Origin: Armatimonadota bacterium
Lineage (GTDB): Bacteria; Armatimonadota; UBA10988
Direction of reading: 5' to 3'
Length of the DNA: 64,000 bases
Assembly: GCA_016235455.1 (NCBI GenBank)
Contig: JACRKZ010000021.1
Coordinates: forward strand, 1-64,000
Made by a program: the position numbers and the translations under genes. Of the stretch, positions 57,615-64,000 are shown in pieces. Within the stretch, counting starts at the first letter, position 1. Each line of letters begins with the position of its first letter. Under the pieces are notes generated by a model. That model was not told the origin of the DNA. It did no database searches and saw only the letters and a list, made by a program, of their open reading frames with translations.

Positions 57615-58404
57615 ACCGCCGCTGCATGGCCACGAACAGCGCTAGCACCGGCAGCAGCGCAATCACCGAGCCGGCCATGACCAGATGCACGTTGCTCGAT
57701 TCGGCCTGGACGAAGCTGCTCAGGCCCATCTCCACCGTGCGCATCCGCTTGTCGTCGGTGACCACCAGCGGCCAGAGCAATGAGTTCCAACTGCCCAGGA
57801 AGGCGAAGATGGCCGACGTGGCCAAGGCCGGGCTGACCAGCGGCGCGGCGATGCGGCGCAGATAGGCCCAGTGGCCGCAGCCATCGAGCATGGCCGCCTC
57901 CTGGAAGTCGCGCGGCAGGCCGCGGAAGGATTGGGTGACCAGGAACACCGAGAACACATTCGCCGCCCAGGGCACGATCAGCGCCCAGAACGTGTTGGTC
58001 CAGTGCAGCTTCAGGACGGTCAGGTAGTTAGGGATGAGGATGACCTCGAACGGCACCATCATCGTGGCCATGTACAGCCCGAACAGCACGCCCTGCCCGC
58101 GCCAGCGCAGCACGCCGAAGGCGTAGCCCGCGCCGAGCGATGAAGTCACCACGCAGAGCGTCACTGCGCTGGAACTGAGCGCCGTGACGAACAGGTAGCG
58201 CCCGAAGGGGATGTCGCGCCACACCGCCGCGTAGTTGCCCCACTGCGGGCTATGCGGCCAAGGCCAGAAATGGACCGTCTCGGCCACCGTCTTGAGCGAC
58301 GTGCCGATCATCCAGAGGAACGGGAACGCCACCAGCAGGCCCAGCGGCAGCAGCACCACATGGGTCAGCAGTTCCTCGCGCCCGCGCCACCCGCCTCGCG
58401 TCAT
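57580..58404 (-). CDS. carbohydrate ABC transporter permease (MalG-like)
   Basis: PFLWMIGTSLK, EAAMLDG and SWNSLLWPL; ATGA overlap with the upstream permease. Confidence 0.93.
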   Translation of the reverse strand: MTRGGWRGREELLTHVVLLPLGLLVAFPFLWMIGTSLKTVAETVHFWPWPHSPQWGNYAAVWRDIPFGRYLFVTALSSSAVTLCVVTSSLGAGYAFGVLRWRGQGVLFGLYMATMMVPFEVILIPNYLTVLKLHWTNTFWALIVPWAANVFSVFLVTQSFRGLPRDFQEAAMLDGCGHWAYLRRIAAPLVSPALATSAIFAFLGSWNSLLWPLVVTDDKRMRTVEMGLSSFVQAESSNVHLVMAGSVIALLPVLALFVAMQRRFIEGMAAGVKG

Positions 58405-59357
58405 GCCCGGCCTCCATAGTGGACGCGCTTGCCCAGCACGCGGAACTGCACGAGCGTGAGTGAGACGATGATGCCGAACAGCACCAACGCCACCGCCGAG
58501 CCGTACCCGGCGCCCTTGCCGCCCATCATGAAAGCCGACTCGTAGATGTAGAACGTGACCGTGCCCGTGCGCCCGCTGAGCCCGCCGGGGGTCATGACGT
58601 AGATCGTGTTGAACGCCTGGAAGGCCTTGATGACGAACACGATGAGCAAGAAGAACAGCGTCGGCGAGAGCAGCGGCACGATGATCCGCCGCCGCAACTG
58701 CCAACCGGTGGCGCCGTCGAGCCGGGCCGCCTCAATCACGTCGGCGGGCACCTGCGACATGCCGGCCAGCAACACCACCACGGCGAAGCCCAGCATGGTC
58801 CAGATGGACACCAACATGACGCAGCACAGCGCCACACTCGGCCCGCCGGCCCAGGCCGGCAACTCGCGCCCACAGGCCTCGCCCAGCAACGCGAACAGGC
58901 CGCGCGGCTGCAACAGCCAGTTCTGCTCGGGCACCGGCAGGCCCCAGGCCACCAGCCTGGCATTGACCACCGTGCTGACCTCGAACATCCACTTCCACAC
59001 CGCCGACGCCGCCACGGGCGAGACCACGTACGGGGTGAAGAACAACATGCGGTAGAAGGCGCGTCCCCGGATGTCGCGGTTGAGCAGTTCGGCGACCAGA
59101 TAGCCGACGAACAGCGTGGCCGGCACCGTGCCCAGCACGAACCACATGGTCACGACCAGGCTGGCCCAGAAGGCAGGATCGTGCAGCAGCTCGCGGTAGT
59201 TGGCCAGTCCCACCCAGGCGTCATGGCCGATGGCGCCGGTGTGCAGGCTGACGCCGACGGCACGCAACAGCGGACCCAAATGGAAGCAGCCCAGCACCAA
59301 CGCGCTGGGTAGCAGGCACAACGCCGCGACCAGAGCCTGTTTCCGACGACTTCCCAT
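58401..59357 (-). CDS. carbohydrate ABC transporter permease (MalF-like)
   Basis: WVGLANY, EAARLDGA and IVPLLSPT. Confidence 0.93.
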   Translation of the reverse strand: MGSRRKQALVAALCLLPSALVLGCFHLGPLLRAVGVSLHTGAIGHDAWVGLANYRELLHDPAFWASLVVTMWFVLGTVPATLFVGYLVAELLNRDIRGRAFYRMLFFTPYVVSPVAASAVWKWMFEVSTVVNARLVAWGLPVPEQNWLLQPRGLFALLGEACGRELPAWAGGPSVALCCVMLVSIWTMLGFAVVVLLAGMSQVPADVIEAARLDGATGWQLRRRIIVPLLSPTLFFLLIVFVIKAFQAFNTIYVMTPGGLSGRTGTVTFYIYESAFMMGGKGAGYGSAVALVLFGIIVSLTLVQFRVLGKRVHYGGRA

Positions 59358-59453
59358 ACCGATCCTTAGTGTCCCAGATGGGCGGTGAGTGTCAACTGCC
59401 GGCACGCTCCGCGCGCGGGCCCGACGCGCTATACTCCCGCCCAGGAGACCCTC

Positions 59454-60824
59454 ATGCGGCGACGTGAGTTCCTCGGCACAGTGGGCGCCGGCCTGGCCCT
59501 GGCCGGCGCGCGCGCTCAGACACCGGCGCGCAAACCCAACATCATCTTCATCCTCTCGGATGATCTGGCCCAGGGCGATGTGGGCTGTTACGGTCAGAAG
59601 CTGATCAGGACGCCGAATCTCGACCGCATGGCCGCGCAAGGCACGCGCTACAACCAGGCCTACTGCGGCACCTCGGTCTGCGCGCCGTCGCGCACCTCGC
59701 TGATGACCGGCCTGGACACCGGCCACAGCCCGGTGCGCGCCAATCGCGAGATCCAGCCCGAGGGCCAACTGCCGTTGCCCGCCGAGACGGTCACCGTGGC
59801 GCAAGTGCTGCGCCAACAAGGCTATGCCACGGCTTGCATGGGCAAGTGGGGCATGGGCATGTTCGACACCACGGGCAGCCCGCTGCGCAAGGGCTTCGAC
59901 CACTTCTTCGGCTACAACTGCCAGCGCCACGCGCACAGCTACTTCCCGACCTACCTCTACCGCGACGACCAACGCTTCGAGCTGCCTGAGAACGTCGGCG
60001 GCGCCAAGAAGACCTACGCGCAGAACCTGATCCAGAAGGACGTGCTCGACTGGGTCCGCGGCCATCGCGATGGGCCGTTCTTCCTGTTCTATGCGGTCAC
60101 GTTGCCACATGGCGACTACGAGATCGACAACCTGGGCGAGTATGCCGACCGTGCAGGCTGGACGCCGCAGCAGAAGACCTACGCGGCCATGGTCTCGCGG
60201 CTGGACAGCGATGTCGGCGCGCTGCTGGCGCAGCTCCGCGAGCTGGGCATAGACGACAACACGCTGGTCATGTTCGCCGGCGACAACGGCTCGTCGTTCG
60301 CCCCGAACTCCGAACTCGGCCGGCGGTTCGACCAGACCATGGGCGGCCGGCTGCGCGGCTTCAAGCGCGGGCTGTATGAGGGCGGCCTACGGCAGGCGGC
60401 GCTGGCGCGCTGGCCGGGCGTGGTGCCCGCCGGGCGCGTAAGCGACGAGCCGTGGGCCTTCTGGGACTTCCTGCCCACCTGCGCCGAGCTGGCCGGCGCC
60501 ACGATGCCCGCCGGCTGTAAGCCCGACGGCCTGTCGCTGGTGCCCTTCCTCAAGGGCGGCGCCGCGCCACAGCGTGAGAGCTTCTACTGGGAGCTGCACG
60601 AGGCCGGCAGCATCCAGGCCATCCGCTTCGGTGACTGGAAAGCCGTCCGCAACTACGCTAACCAGCCGACGGAACTGTATGACCTGGCCAAGGACCCGGG
60701 CGAGACGACCGACCTGGCGGCGGTGCGGCCCGAGTTGGTGGCCAAGGCGGAGAAGCTGATGGCGGCGGCACGGGTGGACGACCCGAACTGGCCGTGGAAG
60801 ATGCGAGCCAGGCCCGGCAAGTAG
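59454..60824 (+). CDS. Tat-exported arylsulfatase (Cys type)
   Basis: MRRREFL Tat motif; [16 protein letters not shown] and GDNG. Confidence 0.94.
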   Translation: MRRREFLGTVGAGLALAGARAQTPARKPNIIFILSDDLAQGDVGCYGQKLIRTPNLDRMAAQGTRYNQAYCGTSVCAPSRTSLMTGLDTGHSPVRANREIQPEGQLPLPAETVTVAQVLRQQGYATACMGKWGMGMFDTTGSPLRKGFDHFFGYNCQRHAHSYFPTYLYRDDQRFELPENVGGAKKTYAQNLIQKDVLDWVRGHRDGPFFLFYAVTLPHGDYEIDNLGEYADRAGWTPQQKTYAAMVSRLDSDVGALLAQLRELGIDDNTLVMFAGDNGSSFAPNSELGRRFDQTMGGRLRGFKRGLYEGGLRQAALARWPGVVPAGRVSDEPWAFWDFLPTCAELAGATMPAGCKPDGLSLVPFLKGGAAPQRESFYWELHEAGSIQAIRFGDWKAVRNYANQPTELYDLAKDPGETTDLAAVRPELVAKAEKLMAAARVDDPNWPWKMRARPGK

Positions 60825-60832
60825 GCCGCGCA

Positions 60833-61021
60833 CTGGGAGCGCCAAGCTCCAGCTTGGCAATCGGCCGTCAGGCCGACAGTCCGGCGCCGGGGCCGGACGC
60901 TCTGGCCCAGCCGACCGCGGGCTGGGGCTCACGTGTGCCAAGCTGGAGCTTGGCGCTCCCAGATCCGCAGGGGGTTGACCGGTGAGCCCTGCCGTGCGGA
61001 CCTGGAGGTCCGCGCTCCCAG
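60833..61021. repeat. GGAG-tagged REP cluster (perfect 27-bp doublet plus a variant copy)
   Basis: CTGGGAGCGCCAAGCTCCAGCTTGGCA at 60833-60859, its exact reverse complement at 60936-60962, variant at 60995-61021. Confidence 0.9.
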
Positions 61022-61040
61022 GCGGCGTACAATAGTTCTC

Positions 61041-63353
61041 ATGGACGTCGACCGCTTCCTCGCCGAACTCCAAGCCGACCGCCACTACCGCAAGCAGCTC
61101 GTGGTGCATCACATCCTGCCCCCGCGGCCCGCGCGCACCGCCGAACTCGACCCGCCGATGCCCGGGGAACTGGCCCAGGCACTGGCGCGGGAGGGGATCC
61201 GCCAGCTCTATACCCATCAGGTCGCCGCGGTCGATGCCGCGCGCGCTGGGCGCGATGCCATCGTCGTCACCGGCACCGCCAGCGGCAAGACGCTGGGCTA
61301 CACCATTCCCATCGTCGAGACCATTCTGGCCGACCGGCAGGCGCGGGCGTTGTGCCTGTTTCCGCTCAAGGCGCTGGCCGCCGACCAGCAGCGCAAGCTG
61401 GCCGATCTGGGGCTGTGGCGGTCGGTGCGGGTCGGCACCTACGACGGCGACACGCCCGAGCATGACCGGCGGTCCATCCGGCAGAACGCGCATGTCGTCA
61501 TGACCAACCCCGACATGCTGCACCAGGCCATTCTGCCGCACCACTCGCTGTGGGCCGACTTCCTGGCCAATCTCAAGTATGTCATCGTCGACGAGGTGCA
61601 CACCTACCGCGGCGTGTTCGGCTCCCATGCGGCGCTGGTCTTTCGGCGCCTGCTGCGGCTCTGCGAGCGCTATGGCAGCCGGCCCACGTTCCTCTGCTCC
61701 AGCGCCACCATCGGCAATCCCGTGGAGTTGGCCGAGCGGCTGACCGGGCGCGACGACTGGGTGTTCATCGACGAGAACGGCGCGCCGGCCGGCCAGCGGC
61801 ATGTGGTGGTCTGGAACCCGCCCATCGTCAACGAGGCCGCCGGTCTGCGCCGCAGCGGCGCCGTCGAGGCGACGTACATCCTGGCGGACCTCGTGGAGCA
61901 GGGCACGCGCACACTGGCCTTCACCTTCTCGCGCGAGGAGGCCGAGCTGGTGCTGCGCTACCTGCGCGCCGCGCTCGACTCGCGTGGGCCGGGCCTGGTG
62001 GCCAAGGTGGCCGCCTATCGCGCGGGCTATCTGGCCGCCGAGCGCCGTGAACTCGAACGCCAGATCGGCGAAGGCGAGCTGACGGCGTTGGTCTCCACGG
62101 TGGCCCTGGAGGCGGGCATCGACATCGGCGCGCTGGACGTAGCGGTGGTCATCGGGTATCCCGGCACGCTGGCCGGCTTCTGGCAGCAGGCGGGCCGCGC
62201 CGGCCGCCGCGGCGATGAGTCGCTGGCCATCCTGGTCACGCGCTCCAGCCTCGTCGACCAGTTCTACGCCCAGCACCCCGAGATGCTCTGGAGCCGGCCC
62301 ACCGAGGAGGCGCGCATCGACCCGAGCAACGTCTACATCCTCGGCGGGCATCTGCTCTGCGCGGCGCACGAGCAGCCGCTGACCGACGCCGATCTGGAGC
62401 GCTTCGGGCCGGGCGCGGCCGACCTGCTGCCCATCTTCGTCGACGAGGGCTACCTGACCAAGACGTCGACCGGCTGGATGTTCTGTGCCGACTGCTATCC
62501 CGCGGGCAGCCTCAACCTGCGCTCGGCCACCGACGAGCGCTGGCAACTCGTGGAGGAAGGCACCGGCCGCGTGCTGGAGACCGACGAGGGCACGCGCATC
62601 TGGGACCGCTACTACCCCGGCGCGATTCACCTGCACCAGGGCGAGCAGTATCTGGTCAAGGAGACCTCGGTCGAGCGCCGGCAGGTGGTACTGGAGGCGG
62701 TGGAGGTGCCCTACTTCACCAACCCCGCGCTGCACATCGACGTGGCCGTGCTGGAGACGACGTCCGAGCGCCCGCTCGGCCCGCTGACCATCGGCTTTGG
62801 CGATGTGGTGGTGACCCGGCAGACCATCGGCTTCCAGCAGATCGCCACCAAGGGCCGTGAGATCCTGCAGGCCTTCGACCTGAGCTGCCCGGCGCGCACC
62901 ATGGAGACCGCCGCGCTGTGGATCACCCCCTCGGCGCAGTTGCAGGAACAACTGATGGCCCACGGCCACGACCTGCTGGGCAGTATGCACGCCGTGGAGC
63001 ACGCGCTGGCCGCCGCGCTGCCGTTGGTGGCGCTGTGCGATGTGCGCGATGTGCAGGGCAGCAGCACGCTGGACCACCCGAACCTGGGCCCCGCGGCGAC
63101 GTTCCTCTACGACACCTTCCCCGGCGGCATCGGCCTGGCCGAGCGCGGCTACGAGGCCATCGAGGCGCTGTGGCGGCGGACGCTGGAGGTGGTGGCCAGT
63201 TGCCCCTGCGAGACCGGCTGCCCGGCCTGCGTGCAGGCCAGCTTCTGCGGGTCAGCCAATCAGCCGCTGGACAAGGCCGGGGCGTTGGCGGTGCTGTGGG
63301 CGGGGGCGCGCTCAGAGCACCGATCAACAGATGACGCAGACGGACGCAGATAG
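61041..63353 (+). CDS. DEAH-box helicase with DUF1998 zinc domain (MrfA/YprA/Hrq1-like)
   Basis: TASGKT, TNPDML, DEVH, SATIGNP, QQAGRAGRR and CPCETGCPAC; TACAAT 7 nt upstream suggests a leaderless mRNA. Confidence 0.95.
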   Translation: MDVDRFLAELQADRHYRKQLVVHHILPPRPARTAELDPPMPGELAQALAREGIRQLYTHQVAAVDAARAGRDAIVVTGTASGKTLGYTIPIVETILADRQARALCLFPLKALAADQQRKLADLGLWRSVRVGTYDGDTPEHDRRSIRQNAHVVMTNPDMLHQAILPHHSLWADFLANLKYVIVDEVHTYRGVFGSHAALVFRRLLRLCERYGSRPTFLCSSATIGNPVELAERLTGRDDWVFIDENGAPAGQRHVVVWNPPIVNEAAGLRRSGAVEATYILADLVEQGTRTLAFTFSREEAELVLRYLRAALDSRGPGLVAKVAAYRAGYLAAERRELERQIGEGELTALVSTVALEAGIDIGALDVAVVIGYPGTLAGFWQQAGRAGRRGDESLAILVTRSSLVDQFYAQHPEMLWSRPTEEARIDPSNVYILGGHLLCAAHEQPLTDADLERFGPGAADLLPIFVDEGYLTKTSTGWMFCADCYPAGSLNLRSATDERWQLVEEGTGRVLETDEGTRIWDRYYPGAIHLHQGEQYLVKETSVERRQVVLEAVEVPYFTNPALHIDVAVLETTSERPLGPLTIGFGDVVVTRQTIGFQQIATKGREILQAFDLSCPARTMETAALWITPSAQLQEQLMAHGHDLLGSMHAVEHALAAALPLVALCDVRDVQGSSTLDHPNLGPAATFLYDTFPGGIGLAERGYEAIEALWRRTLEVVASCPCETGCPACVQASFCGSANQPLDKAGALAVLWAGARSEHRSTDDADGRR

Positions 63354-63396
63354 CGGGCGGGAATCATCAGCGTCCTTCTGCGTCATCTGTTGATCG
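63321..63396. repeat. 31-bp inverted repeat (2 mismatches) with 9-nt internal periodicity
   Basis: CGATCAACAGATGACGCAGACGGACGCAGAT / ATCAGCGTCCTTCTGCGTCATCTGTTGATCG, between convergent genes. Confidence 0.88.
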
Positions 63397-63402
63397 CGAC
63401 AC

Positions 63403-64000
63403 CTACACCAGCCCGTACAGCGTCGTCCGCCGCTGCGCCTGATACCCGGCATCCTCGATCAGCCGCGTCATCTCGGCCAGCGGCATCTCGTCGGTGTGGT
63501 CGGTGCCGGCGGCGGAGACGACGTTCTCCTCGATCATCGTGCTGCCGAAGTCATTCACGCCGAACTGCAGGCTGATCTGGGCGATCTTGGCGCCCTGGGT
63601 GACCCACGAGGCCTGGAAGTTGTCGACGTTGTCGAGCATCAGCCGCGCGACGGCCAGCGTGCGCAGGTAGTCGAACCCGCTGGTGCGGTGGTTGGCCAGC
63701 GTCTCCCCCAACGGCGTGCCGTCGGGCTGGAAGTTCCAGGGGATGAACGCCGTGAAGCCGCCCGTCTCGTCCTGCAGCTCGCGCACACGCAGCAGGTGCG
63801 AGAGTCGCTGGTCGAGCGTCTCCACCGTGCCATACATCATCGTCGCCGAGGTGCGCAGGCTGAGTTGGTGCGCCTCTCGCATGACGTCCAGCCACTCGCC
63901 GGTGGTCTCCTTGTGCGGCGCGATGACCTGGCGCACCTCGTCGTCGAGCAGTTCGGCGCCGGCGCCGGGGATGCTGCCCAGCCCAGCCGCAGCGAGACGC
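63403..64000 (-). CDS. mqnC: cyclic dehypoxanthinyl futalosine synthase, radical SAM (5' end outside window)
   Basis: SIPGAGAE, TSATMMYG, GGFTAFIPW, QASWVTQG and DFGSTMIEENVVSAAG. Confidence 0.88.
   Translation of the reverse strand, partial: RLAAAGLGSIPGAGAELLDDEVRQVIAPHKETTGEWLDVMREAHQLSLRTSATMMYGTVETLDQRLSHLLRVRELQDETGGFTAFIPWNFQPDGTPLGETLANHRTSGFDYLRTLAVARLMLDNVDNFQASWVTQGAKIAQISLQFGVNDFGSTMIEENVVSAAGTDHTDEMPLAEMTRLIEDAGYQAQRRTTLYGLV

Noticed and set aside
60933-63353. DUF1998 helicase as part of a DISARM/Druantia-type defence system
   Set aside because: Single MrfA/Hrq1-like gene among housekeeping genes; no methylase, PLD or partner helicase. The ORF-track 5' extension is REP sequence

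Overview
High-GC (roughly 70% by eye) chromosomal window from a diderm bacterium, judged from LpxL-, TolC- and Ccm-type genes. The lineage cannot be fixed from sequence alone. It is mostly core or housekeeping: surface PEGA/Ig proteins, a CzcCBA-type metal efflux operon, a HigBA toxin-antitoxin pair, a heme/cytochrome c maturation cluster (ccmC-ccmD-ccmE*, sirC, hemA, ccsA/hemX), glmM, glmS, rpsO-pnp-M16-dapB, two tandem nuoB paralogs, a sulfatase, an MrfA/Hrq1-type helicase and a partial mqnC. I found no rRNA, tRNA, CRISPR array, integrase or transposase. The most notable signals are: (1) a His/Cys-rich leader ORF ending in RAPP, an arrest-peptide motif, in front of the metal efflux operon, which also has a greatly elongated adaptor; (2) two adjacent intact HAD-fold pseudoenzymes (P-type-ATPase-like and KdsC-like) lacking their catalytic Asp, downstream of sfsA; (3) three families of small palindromic repeats, one inserted in-frame in a phosphoesterase gene; (4) a CcmE with CPSKE instead of CxxxY; (5) a PNPase with a long RGG/DR-rich tail. 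All calls come from motif recognition by eye; no database searches were run.
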